From NCBI GenBank assembly GCA_900617105.1, contig UYFQ01000006.1, positions 868,001 through 932,000 on the forward strand: a stretch of DNA of 64,000 bases, read 5' to 3'. Under the pieces are notes generated by a model. It searched no databases, had not been told where the DNA came from, and worked only from the letters and a program-made list of their open reading frames with translations. Of this stretch, positions 54,909 to 64,000 are shown piece after piece; the first letter of the stretch is position 1; each line of letters begins with the position of its first letter. This DNA comes from Hydrurus foetidus. Taxonomy: Eukaryota. The position numbers and the translations under genes were made by a program.

Positions 54909-56847
54909 GCTGCCGCCTTCACTGCTGCAAAGGTTTTGCAGTCGCCAATCTTCAATGTCGCGCTCACGCTGCCGCTGCGGCCGTCTTCAAACTTGACCTG
55001 GTTTCAATGAACTGCTCGGTTTTGCCGCTGTACAGCGCGTCAACCAGCACGGCGTATTTGTCGCGATAAAGCCGCGGCGCACTTTGTTGGTGCGGGTCAG
55101 TTCGCCGTCGTCGGCGTCCAGCTCTTTGTGCAGAATCAAAAAGCGGCTGACTTGCGAGCCCGCCAGCAGCGTGTCAACGCTTAAATCTGCGTTGACTTTT
55201 TCAACGCATTCCTTGATGAGTTGGTAGACCTCTGGCTTTTGCGCCAAATCGGTGTAGCCCGCGTAGGGCAGGTTGCGGCGCTCAGCCCAGTTGCCCACGG
55301 CGTCGAAGTCGATGTTGATGAACACGCAGGCCTGATCTCGGCCATCGCCGTAGGCCACCACTTCTTTAATGTGCGAGAAAAACTTGAGTTTGTTTTCAAC
55401 ATACTTGGGCGCAAACATAGCGCCATCGTTCGCACCACCTTTGATGCGGCCCACGTCTTTTACGCGGTCAATGATTTTGAGGTGACCCTGTGCGTCGATA
55501 AAACCTGCATCGCTGGTGTGGTACCAACCGTCGGCCGTTAAAACTTCAGCCGTGGCCGTTGGGTTTTTGTAGTATTCCTTGAGCAGGCCGGGCGACTTGA
55601 CCAGATTTCGCCATTGGCGGCCACCTTGATTTCCACCCCAGCAATCGGCACGCCCACCGTGTCGCACGCGCTTGGTTGTCGGGCTGCAGGCACACAAAAA
55701 CGGCTGTTTCGGTTGAGCCATAAAGCTGCTTCAAATTAATACCAATCGAGCGGTAAAACGTGAACAGGTCTGGCCCAATTGCCTCGCCGGCCGTATAAGC
55801 AACGCGAACGCGACTAAAGCCCAGCGTGTTGCGAAGCGGGCCGTAGACCAGCACAGCCCATCCAATACAACACAGCTTGTCGCCGGCGCCAACGGGTTTG
55901 CCGTCCATCAGGCTGGGGCCCACACGCTTTGCCAATCCATGAAGTAAATGGAACATGCTGCGCTTGATGGCCCCGGCGTCTTCCATGCGAATCATCACGC
56001 TGGTCAGCATGCCTTCAAACACGCGGGGCGGCGCAAAGTAGTAGGTGGGCCCGACTTCTTTCAAGTCAATCATGACCGTGCTGGCGCTCTCCGGGCAATT
56101 GACGACATAGCCGCAAGCCAGCCACTGCGCATAGCTGAAGATGTTTTGTCCGATCCAAGCTGGTGGCAGGTAGGCCAACACCTCTTCGGCGGAAGTAAGT
56201 TTGTCAAAATCCGCGCCAGCCTTGGCTCTATCTAGTAACGTGCTGTGCGTATGCACCACGCCCTTGGGGTTGCCCGTAGTGCCAGATGTAAAAAACATGG
56301 CGGCTACATCATTAGGCTGGGCCTTGGCGACTTCGCTTGCGTACCAGTCGGTGTGAACACTGCAAAAAGTTTTGCCCGTTTCAATTAGTGCGTTCAAAGA
56401 CTGCAAGCCTGGTTCGGAATAGTTGCGCAAGCCACGCGGCTCGTCAAAAATAATGTGGGCGAGCTGCGGACACTGCTCGCGGATCTCCAGCAGCTTGTCT
56501 ACCTGCTCTTGGTCTTCGGCAAAAGCGAAACGCACCTCGGCATTGTTGATGGGGAACACGCATTCAGGCCCAGCGGCATCTTGGTACAGCGGGATGGGCA
56601 CCGCACCCAACGATTGCGCTGCCAGCATGGTGGCGTAAAGCCGGGGGCGGTTGGCACCGACGACGATCATGTGCTCGCCGCGCTGCAACCCAAGTTGGTG
56701 CAAACCGCAGGCCACCTGCTCGACCAGCGCGGCCAAGTCAGCCCAAGTGCGGGCTTGCCAGATACCGTATTCCTTCTCGCGCATCGCGGGCGCGGCAGGG
56801 CGCTGGGCCGCGTGGGCAAGCAGGAGTCGGGGAAAAGTTGTCTCCAT
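54905..56847 (-). pseudogene. Long-chain fatty acid-CoA ligase (AMP-binding), multiple frameshifts as given
   Basis: FTSGTTGNPKG, YGSTE, GWYHTSD, ELTRTNKVRR spread across frames; single-base losses near 55663, 55603, 55063, 55000. Confidence 0.75.
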
Positions 56848-56919
56848 TCAGCGTCTTTCTTTGATGCAGGCGTACACACAGTGAACAGCCTGAATAGTAG
56901 AAGCAAGTTTGACGCTATG

Positions 56920-56937
56920 TTGTCATTCCGACGACAA
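56920..56937. promoter_or_regulatory. Palindromic operator candidate in the divergent promoter
   Basis: TTGTCAT-TCCG-ACGACAA between the ligase/ABC operon and the Crp/Fnr gene. Confidence 0.55.
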
Positions 56938-56969
56938 TTTACGGGTCAATACCCATCGGACATACCCCT

Positions 56970-57725
56970 ATGAAGCCTTCCTCATCGCGACAGCTGCCTT
57001 TGCAGCAGCGCGTGCGCCCACCCACCAGAGACGAGCTGAGCAGCATCCCCTGGCTGGCCCACCTCACACCTGACGAGCGCCGCATGGCCGAAGCCGCAGT
57101 CCATGTGGGTGATGCACAGCCGGGCGACTATTTATGCCGCATTGGTAAGCCCGTCACCTACTGGTTTGGCTTGATTGAGGGCTTGATGAAGATGAGCAAT
57201 GACGACAGCCAAAACCCTGCCATCACCTTCACGGGGGTGGCACCAGGTGGCTGGTTTGGCGAGGGTACGGCACTGAAGCGCGAACCCTACCGCTACAACA
57301 TCCAGACCCTGCGCAAAAGTGTGGTGGCCGGTCTGCCCGTCGATACCTTCCACGCGCTGCTGGACCACTCGATAGGGTTCAATCGCTTCATCATGAACCA
57401 GCTTAACGAGCGCCTGGGCCAGTTCATCGCAGCGCGTGAAATTGACCGCATGAACAACCCCAACGTTCGCGTGGCACGCACCTTGGCGACGCTGTTCAAC
57501 CCGGTGCTGTACCCCGGCGTGGGTGAGGTATTGCGCATCACCCAGCAAGAGTTGGCGTACTTGGTTGGCCTGTCACGGCAAAGGGTGAACGAGGCACTGA
57601 GTGATTTGGCTGCGCAGGGCGCGATTCGGGTGGAGTACGGGGGCTTGCGGGTGCTCAATTTGGCGGCACTGCGGTCAAGCGAGGTGCTGTCGCGCGTGCA
57701 GCAGTCTTCGCGTTTCCCCCAGTAG
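56970..57725 (+). CDS. Crp/Fnr-family transcriptional regulator
   Basis: GGWFGEG cNMP-like domain; ITQQELAYLVGLSRQRVNEAL HTH. Confidence 0.92.
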   Translation: MKPSSSRQLPLQQRVRPPTRDELSSIPWLAHLTPDERRMAEAAVHVGDAQPGDYLCRIGKPVTYWFGLIEGLMKMSNDDSQNPAITFTGVAPGGWFGEGTALKREPYRYNIQTLRKSVVAGLPVDTFHALLDHSIGFNRFIMNQLNERLGQFIAAREIDRMNNPNVRVARTLATLFNPVLYPGVGEVLRITQQELAYLVGLSRQRVNEALSDLAAQGAIRVEYGGLRVLNLAALRSSEVLSRVQQSSRFPQ

Positions 57726-57850
57726 TTTGTTTGAGTGCTAACAGGGAGGATGCGGCTGGTTCTGGCTGCTTGTGAAAACCCAAGCAAACCGAGCCTGAAA
57801 GAACCACCCTTTGTGTTCGTTTGTGTCCGTTGTTAAACCAAGGAAATCTC

Positions 57851-59155
57851 ATGACCCCTTTCAAACTTGCTTGTGTAGCGAGCGCTACGGCACTACTGGC
57901 TGCCTGCGGAGGCTCAGATCCAGACAGAGGTTCGCTGGTGGAAGCTGCCACCACTGTCACGACCTTGACGGCCGCACAGATCGATACCAGCACAGCAGCG
58001 AGTGGCTTGCAAGCCATAAGCGGCAAAGCCAAGTGCGATGTGAAGGTGGTCGCGTTGAACTACAACACCATCGGGGTAAAAGGCGAACCTGCCAATGCTT
58101 CAGGTGTGATGCTGGTGCCAGCAGGTACTTGCAGCACCACCGCCGCGCCGCTGGTGGCTTATGCCCGAGGCACCGAAGTGTCCAAGGTTCGCACCATGGC
58201 CAATCCCGCCGATAGCGAGACGTTTTTGATGGCGGCCCTGTACGCTTCCCAAGGCTACGCCGTGGTCGCTACAGATTACCTGGGTTTTGCCAAATCGACC
58301 TACAGCTACCACCCCTATTTGCACGCTGATTCAGAAGCCAGCGCTGTCATCGACTCCATCCGTGCTGCCCGCAATGCGGCCAGTTCGGTGGGCGCGTCGC
58401 TGTCTGGCAAAGTGATGTTGACGGGCTACTCGCAAGGCGGCCATTCGTCGATGGCCGCGCACCGCGCGATTGAGCGCGACAATGCCAACGAGATTAACGT
58501 GGTGGGCGGTGCGCACTTGGCTGGGCCGTACAACCTGTCAGGCTCACTGAAAGTGCCCTCGGCGGTGGCGGGTGTGCAGTTCTTTGTTCCGTTCTTGGTG
58601 ACGGCATGGCAAAAGGTGTATGGCACGCTGTACACCGACGTGAAGACCGCGTTCAAAGCCCCGTACTCGGATTACATCGAAGGCTTGTTGCCCAGCGCCA
58701 CGCTGACCTACACCACCTTGGTCACGTCAGGCAAATTGCCCGGTGCCAGCGGCGAAACGCCGAACCAAGCGCGGGATGCCCTGTTCCAAGCGGCCTACAC
58801 CGCAGACATCCAAACCAACACCAGCAGCGGAACCTACGTTGCAGCCCAAAAGAACGACCTGCTGGGCTGGACACCCAAAGCCAAAGTGCTGCTGTGCGGT
58901 GGCGCTGGCGACCCTACGGTGCCACCAGCGGTTCACCAAGCCGTTATGAAGGCTGACTTTGATAAGCGTGGCGTGACCAACGTCACCTCGGTGGATGTGG
59001 ATGCCACCATCCAAGCCATCTATGGCATCAACGGCAAAGCACCGACAGACCCCACTGTGGCGGCCTTTGCCACCTACTATGGCAGCTACCACGGTGGCTA
59101 TGAGCCACCGCTTTGCGCGGCACAAGCCAAAGCGTTTTTTGACACCGTGAAATAA
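57851..59155 (+). CDS. Secreted lipase/esterase lipoprotein (alpha/beta hydrolase)
   Basis: Lipobox LAAC; DYLG, GYSQGG nucleophile elbow, DPTVP, YH. Confidence 0.85.
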   Translation: MTPFKLACVASATALLAACGGSDPDRGSLVEAATTVTTLTAAQIDTSTAASGLQAISGKAKCDVKVVALNYNTIGVKGEPANASGVMLVPAGTCSTTAAPLVAYARGTEVSKVRTMANPADSETFLMAALYASQGYAVVATDYLGFAKSTYSYHPYLHADSEASAVIDSIRAARNAASSVGASLSGKVMLTGYSQGGHSSMAAHRAIERDNANEINVVGGAHLAGPYNLSGSLKVPSAVAGVQFFVPFLVTAWQKVYGTLYTDVKTAFKAPYSDYIEGLLPSATLTYTTLVTSGKLPGASGETPNQARDALFQAAYTADIQTNTSSGTYVAAQKNDLLGWTPKAKVLLCGGAGDPTVPPAVHQAVMKADFDKRGVTNVTSVDVDATIQAIYGINGKAPTDPTVAAFATYYGSYHGGYEPPLCAAQAKAFFDTVK

Positions 59156-59162
59156 GCGAGCC

Positions 59163-59201
59163 AAAAAGATCCCGGTGCATCTCTTTCAAGATGCACCGGG
59201 A
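59163..59201. terminator. Intrinsic terminator hairpin between convergent genes
   Basis: 13-bp stem TCCCGGTGCATCT/AGATGCACCGGGA preceded by an A5 tract. Confidence 0.75.
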
Positions 59202-59249
59202 CGGTATGGCGCATTAGGTGCGCCGTTGCCCGAAATCCAGCCGACGGGC

Positions 59250-60023
59250 TCAGTCGGCCAATTCTTCTTTCGCCATCTCCACGTCCAGCCGCTCCATCGC
59301 ATCCATGGGCGTAGAGGCGGCGGCTTGCTCGTACAGCTTGGTGGCATCTTTCATCTTTTTGTCGCCTTCCAGCATCACCATGCCGTTGGCGTATTCGATC
59401 ATGCCGATGGCCGACAAGGGGTTGAGTTTGAGGGCTTCTTGGAACAGCTTCAAACCGGTGTCTTTCTTGGCTCCGTAAGTCATGCCACCGATCAACGAGC
59501 CCACTTTGTCGATAACTTCAGCGTGGAACGCTGCCAGCGCGATGTGGGCATCGGCGTGCTTGGGTTGCAGTTTGATCGCTGTCTCTAGCGCCGTTTTAAC
59601 TTTGCCACCCAGCCCTTGGGCCAGTGCTTTGGCGACGCTGATGCCCTGACCATAACGCCCCAGCGCATAAGCCTGCCAGTAGAAGGCATTGGCGTTTTTA
59701 GGATCAGCAGCGGCTTGTGCTTCGGCACGGGTCGCTACTTCCATGAACATGTCGAGCTTGGCTTTCTCTTTGGTTTCCAGGTAGTTGGCGTAGATGCAGG
59801 TGGCTTTGTTGGCGACGGTGATGCCTGTCCCGCCAACCTTGAGGCCTGCCTCTACGGCTTTTTGGAATTCACCACTGTGAAACAAAGCCCAAGCTTCCAA
59901 GACCTTCACGTCTTTGGGCAGCGGCTCGGTATCGCCCACATGCAGGCGTGCCCAGTTCTTTTTGACGCTGGTAGCGTCAAGTGCGTACTCCCCTGTGTAG
60001 GGAAAAGCGGTCCATTTGGCCAT
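59250..60023 (-). CDS. Conserved TPR-like hypothetical protein
   Basis: 257-aa helical protein, YWQAYALGRY...P.HADAHIAL; downstream of TetR. Confidence 0.75.
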   Translation of the reverse strand: MAKWTAFPYTGEYALDATSVKKNWARLHVGDTEPLPKDVKVLEAWALFHSGEFQKAVEAGLKVGGTGITVANKATCIYANYLETKEKAKLDMFMEVATRAEAQAAADPKNANAFYWQAYALGRYGQGISVAKALAQGLGGKVKTALETAIKLQPKHADAHIALAAFHAEVIDKVGSLIGGMTYGAKKDTGLKLFQEALKLNPLSAIGMIEYANGMVMLEGDKKMKDATKLYEQAAASTPMDAMERLDVEMAKEELAD

Positions 60024-60046
60024 GGTTGTCTCCTTGTTGACCGTGT

Positions 60047-60715
60047 TTAAGGGGCTTCTGCGGGCTGCTGGTAGGCACCCACCAAACTTAATAAATGCTG
60101 CCGCTGGCCGACTTCTAAATAGGGCACCAGCAAATTCAACACATGTTGCGCACCACGGAGCAGCGCATGCTGGGCGCTTTCGGGTTCCAGGGCGCGGCGT
60201 GGGTCACGCACATACTCAAAGCTCAACCAGTAGGTCAGCACCACCACCATGCTGGTGGCAGTGGCCTCAACCTCGCGGGAATCAATGCTGACGGCACCTG
60301 CGCGGCTCATGCTGTCGAGCATGCTTTTCACGGCGCGGGTTTTGTTCTTCAAAATCCACTGGAAATGCGTCTCTAGGCGGCGGTTTTTGCTGAGCAAATC
60401 GTTCAGATCGCGGTACAAAAACCGGTACTGCCAAATCAACTCAAACAGGGTGTGCATGAAAAACCAAGCGTCTTCCACGTTGCGCACGCCGTCGCTGGCG
60501 TTGAGCAGGTCGCTCAAGGCGCGCTCGTACCGATCAAACAATGAGTTAATCAGCTCGTCTTTGGCAGGGTAGTGGTAGTAGAGGTTGCCAGGGCTGATGT
60601 GCAGCTCAGCCGAGATCAATGTGGTTGACACATTGGGTTCACCGAAGCGGTTAAACAGCTCTAGCGTGACCTCTAAAATTCTCTCTGCCGTGCGTCGCGG
60701 CGCTTTTTTCGCCAT
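60047..60715 (-). CDS. TetR/AcrR-family regulator
   Basis: TAERIL...LELFN..G...ST..I.AEL.ISPGNLYYHY HTH. Confidence 0.92.
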   Translation of the reverse strand: MAKKAPRRTAERILEVTLELFNRFGEPNVSTTLISAELHISPGNLYYHYPAKDELINSLFDRYERALSDLLNASDGVRNVEDAWFFMHTLFELIWQYRFLYRDLNDLLSKNRRLETHFQWILKNKTRAVKSMLDSMSRAGAVSIDSREVEATATSMVVVLTYWLSFEYVRDPRRALEPESAQHALLRGAQHVLNLLVPYLEVGQRQHLLSLVGAYQQPAEAP

Positions 60716-60847
60716 AGTGCTCCACTTGGTTATTGCTCGCAGACTTTAACCCAGACACGTTACCCTGGGAATTAGGGATGGCGAGCATGGCTTGTGATCT
60801 ATTGCCACAAAATGCCCTTCAACAGCGATCCGTTTGACGACATGCGT

Positions 60848-60873
60848 AAAAAAGGGCACCGCAGTGCCCTTTT
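60848..60873 (-). terminator. Intrinsic terminator after the phasin gene
   Basis: AAAAAAGGGCAC-CGCA-GTGCCCTTTT. Confidence 0.8.
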
Positions 60874-60932
60874 AGCCAAAATATGGCGAACTTGCTTTAT
60901 CAGGCAGCAGGTGTAGCTGCAACTTCGATAGC
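60870..60932 (-). repeat. Dispersed motif copy (spans the phasin stop codon)
   Basis: Minus strand GCTATCGAAGTTGCAGC-TACACCT-GC-TGCCTGA-TAAAGC-AAGTTCGCCATA-TTT. Confidence 0.82.
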
Positions 60933-61520
60933 AGGCTCAGCCTTGCGAACCGCAGCACGGGTGGCTGCAGGCTTGGTGGAAGCCTTCACCGCAGCTTTCA
61001 CGCGGGCTTTAGCCGCAGGCTTGGCAGCGGCCACTTCTTCAGCCACAGCTTTGACGACCTTGGCAGCCGCAGGCTTGGCCGACAGCTTGTTCACCGTCTT
61101 GGTCAGCTCGTCGATGCGGGAAACCAAAGCTTGCACGTCTTTGGACGAAGGCATGCCGAGCTTGTTCAGGGCTTTGGCAACGCGGTCTTCAAAGATGTTT
61201 TCCAGCTTGTCCCACTGGCCCGTTGCCATCGAGGTGATGCCGCTGGTTTTGGATGTGATGCCGGAAGTCAGTCCATTGGCCATGTCAGCGAGTTTGCTGG
61301 TGGTTTCCGAGATTTTTTCTTCAGCAACCGCTTGCGTTTTGCGTTGCAGGCCCAGGCCTTCTTTGACCAAAGCTTCAAACACTTTGCCGCCTTCTTCTTG
61401 TGCCTTGGCAAAAGCACCCAAACCGGCAAGCCAAATTTGCTGGGCTGAATCTTTCACTGCACCGCTCAAAGGCGTGGCGGATTTTTGGGTAGCAGACAGT
61501 TTTTGCAATTTTTTGACCAT
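60900..61520 (-). CDS. Phasin (PhaF/PhaI-like) with Ala/Lys-rich tail
   Basis: SAQQIWLAGLGAF.KAQEEG.KVFEALVKEG, WDKLE.IFEDRV.KAL..LG.PS. Confidence 0.88.
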   Translation of the reverse strand: MVKKLQKLSATQKSATPLSGAVKDSAQQIWLAGLGAFAKAQEEGGKVFEALVKEGLGLQRKTQAVAEEKISETTSKLADMANGLTSGITSKTSGITSMATGQWDKLENIFEDRVAKALNKLGMPSSKDVQALVSRIDELTKTVNKLSAKPAAAKVVKAVAEEVAAAKPAAKARVKAAVKASTKPAATRAAVRKAEPAIEVAATPAA

Positions 61521-61741
61521 GGGGAGCTCCAGAGGACGTAGATGAAAGAAATGAAGGTGCGGTAGCTGCAAGCAGGTGCAGCTACCACCGTGGTATCGAC
61601 TGTAAGTCTTTGCTCTCGTTTGTTGTAGACAGAGCTTCCTAACTCTCTAGAGGCGAGGCTCTATGGCTGACGCGGGTTTGTGCGGTGTTGGCATTCCGCC
61701 GAGCTTAGGCACAATTCAATGACCAATTTGGAGGATTTGAC

Positions 61742-63739
61742 ATGCAGTATTTCGTCACCGGTGCTACCGGGTTTATCGGCAAACGGCTGGTTAAAAAATT
61801 ATTGGAGCGCAAAGGCTCTGTCGTTTATTTTTTGCTGCGCCGCGAGAGCGAAAGCAAAGTCGCTGCGCTGCGTGAGTACTGGGGCACCACCACTGCCCGT
61901 GCCATCCCCGTGTTTGGCGACCTGACCAGCAAAAAACTGGGTGTGACTGCTGACGAGGTGAAGAAGCTCAAAGGCAAGATCGACCATTTCTACCACCTCG
62001 CCGCCGTCTACGACCTGAGTGCCGACGAAGAAAGTCAAGTCGCCGTGAACATCGACGGCACGCGCCACACTGTGGATTTCGCCAAAGCCATCGACGCAGC
62101 TCACCTGCACCATGTGTCGTCCATCGCCGCTGCCGGGCTGTACGAAGGCGTGTTCCGCGAAGACATGTTTGAAGAGGCCGAGAACATCGAGCACCCCTAC
62201 TTCATGACCAAGCACGAGAGCGAAAAAATCGTGCGCAAAGAAGCCAAAATGCCCTGGACGGTCTACCGCCCCGCGTTGGTGGTGGGGGATTCGCAAACCG
62301 GCGAGATGGACAAGATTGACGGCCCGTACTACTTCTTCAAACTCATCCAGCGTATGCGGCAAATTTTGCCCCCGTGGATGCCCAGCATAGGCCTGGAGGG
62401 CGGGCGTATCAACATCGTGCCAGTGGACTTTGTGGTGGCTTCTCTTGACCACATCAGCCACCAAAAAGGCGAGCTGAACAAAAAATGTTTCCATTTGGTC
62501 GACCCTGAAGGCTACCGCGTCGGTGACGTGCTGGATATTCTGAGCAAAGCCGCGCACGCCCCTAAGATGAACCTGTTCATCAACGCCGCGCTGTTGGGCT
62601 TCATCCCCAAATCGGTCAAAAAAGGCCTGATGGCGCTGGCCCCGGTACGCCGCGTGAAGGGTGCCATCATGAAGGACTTGGGGCTACCCGAGGACATGTT
62701 CACCTTCATCAATTTTCCCACCCGCTACGATTGCCGCGACACCACCGCTGCGCTCAAAGGCTCGGGCATTGATTGCCCCAAATTCGCTGACTACGCTTGG
62801 CGCTTGTGGGACTACTGGGAGCGCCACCTCGACCCGGCCCTCAAGATCGACCATTCCTTGCGCGGTACCGTGGCAGGCAAAGTGGTGCTGATTACCGGCG
62901 GTTCGTCCGGCATTGGCTTGGCTGCTGCCGCCAAATTTGCCGAAGCGGGTGCCATCACCATCATCTGTGCCCGCGACGAGGCCAAACTGGCAGAAGCGAA
63001 AGCTGAAATCCAGGCGGCTGCAGGCAAAGACGCGATCATCATCACCTACTCGGCGGACATCGCCAACGAAGAAAGCTGCAAAGCTTTGGTCGCCACCTTG
63101 GAAGCGGAACACGGCGGTGTGGACTACCTTATCAACAACGCGGGCCGCTCGATCCGCCGCGCCATCGAGGCCAGCTACGATCGCTTCCACGACTACGAGC
63201 GCACCATGCAGCTCAATTACTTCGGCTCACTGCGCGTCACGATGGGCCTGCTGCCCGGCATGGTCGCCAAAAAGAAGGGCCATGTGGTCAACATCAGCTC
63301 CATCAGCGTGCTGGTGAATGCGCCGCGCTTCTCGGCTTACGTGGCCTCCAAAGCCGCTCTGGATGCATGGACAGCCTGCGCCGCCAGCGAATTCGCCGAC
63401 CAGGGCGTGACCTTCACCACCGTCAACATGCCGCTGGTACGCACACCGATGACCGCACCGACCAAGATTTACGACAGCATGCCGCTCTTGTCCACCGACG
63501 AAGCGTCTGACCTGATCGTGCAAGCCGTGGTGGACAAGCCCGTGCGCGTGGCTACCCGCCTGGGCATCTCCGTCGAGCTGCTGCACGCCGCCGTGCCGCG
63601 CATCACGCAAATCCTGATGAACACCACCTTCCGCATGTTCCCCGACAGCTCTGCGGCCAAGGGCGAAAAGCTGGGCAAACCCACGCTGTCCCCCGAAGCG
63701 ATTGCGATGGCGCAGATGATGCGGGGGATTCATTTCTAA
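61742..63739 (+). CDS. Two-domain SDR oxidoreductase (fatty acyl-CoA reductase-like)
   Basis: N-terminal GATGFIG/HLAAVYD domain plus classical SDR GGSSGIG, NNAGRSIRR, YVASK. Confidence 0.88.
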   Translation: MQYFVTGATGFIGKRLVKKLLERKGSVVYFLLRRESESKVAALREYWGTTTARAIPVFGDLTSKKLGVTADEVKKLKGKIDHFYHLAAVYDLSADEESQVAVNIDGTRHTVDFAKAIDAAHLHHVSSIAAAGLYEGVFREDMFEEAENIEHPYFMTKHESEKIVRKEAKMPWTVYRPALVVGDSQTGEMDKIDGPYYFFKLIQRMRQILPPWMPSIGLEGGRINIVPVDFVVASLDHISHQKGELNKKCFHLVDPEGYRVGDVLDILSKAAHAPKMNLFINAALLGFIPKSVKKGLMALAPVRRVKGAIMKDLGLPEDMFTFINFPTRYDCRDTTAALKGSGIDCPKFADYAWRLWDYWERHLDPALKIDHSLRGTVAGKVVLITGGSSGIGLAAAAKFAEAGAITIICARDEAKLAEAKAEIQAAAGKDAIIITYSADIANEESCKALVATLEAEHGGVDYLINNAGRSIRRAIEASYDRFHDYERTMQLNYFGSLRVTMGLLPGMVAKKKGHVVNISSISVLVNAPRFSAYVASKAALDAWTACAASEFADQGVTFTTVNMPLVRTPMTAPTKIYDSMPLLSTDEASDLIVQAVVDKPVRVATRLGISVELLHAAVPRITQILMNTTFRMFPDSSAAKGEKLGKPTLSPEAIAMAQMMRGIHF

Positions 63740-63770
63740 ACTGAGCGACGGTTTGGATGAATGAACGATG

Positions 63771-63796
63771 AAAGGCCCGTTTTGACGGGCCTTTTT
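63771..63796 (+). terminator. Intrinsic terminator
   Basis: AAAGGCCCGT-TTTG-ACGGGCCTTTTT. Confidence 0.85.
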
Positions 63797-63870
63797 CATG
63801 CAGAAGAGCGTTTCTGACCGAAACCATCAACAGGTCTACAATTTGGTCTACTTGTTTTCCAGGACTCACA

Positions 63871-64000
63871 ATGCCCTCACTCGAAACCATTGGCACCTAC
63901 GAAACCAAAACACATTTGGCGGACATTTTGCGCCGTGTCGGGGCGGGGCAAGGCTTCACGATCACCCAGCGCGGTGAACCGGTGGCTGAATTGCTCCCCA
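63871..64000 (+). CDS. Phd/YefM-family antitoxin (truncated by window end; not in ORF track)
   Basis: MPSLETIGTYETKTHLADILRRVGAGQGFTITQRGEPVAELLP matches the Phd pattern (E.K..L..L...V..G....IT.RG.PVA.L); RBS AGGA. Confidence 0.8.
   Translation, partial: MPSLETIGTYETKTHLADILRRVGAGQGFTITQRGEPVAELLP

Noticed and set aside
53169..56847. Programmed frameshifting or phase variation as explanation for the split ORFs
   Set aside because: Too many independent indels, none in long slippery or SSR tracts; sequencing error is simpler.

Overview
GC-rich betaproteobacterial chromosome segment; gene content and order suggest Comamonadaceae (Rhodoferax/Acidovorax-like; inference). It is mostly core genes: argS-SPOR-dsbA, yajC-secDF, dprA/LysM, def-fmt, pgk-pyk-fba-purC, rsmI-yraN-gmhA-BON, pilTU-yggS, putR-putA, purEK-tsaC and dacB. 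It also holds two TTT receptors, a fatty-acid/acyl-CoA ABC uptake operon with many frameshifts (probably sequencing errors), a phasin/fatty-acyl reductase locus, three toxin-antitoxin loci and an orphan P-loop ATPase. No rRNA, tRNA, CRISPR array or transposase was seen. The main unexplained signal is a dispersed, gap-free, directional DNA motif of about 54 bp (GCTRY-[A/T-rich N7]-RYAGC-N7-GC-N9-AAGC-N12-TTT). I found about 19 copies by eye, in both orientations, all overlapping protein-coding genes. Several sit in conserved enzyme motifs and coincide with otherwise scarce AT-rich codons such as ATA. It looks like a genome-wide protein-binding or recognition site overlaid on coding DNA, and I do not recognise it as a named element.
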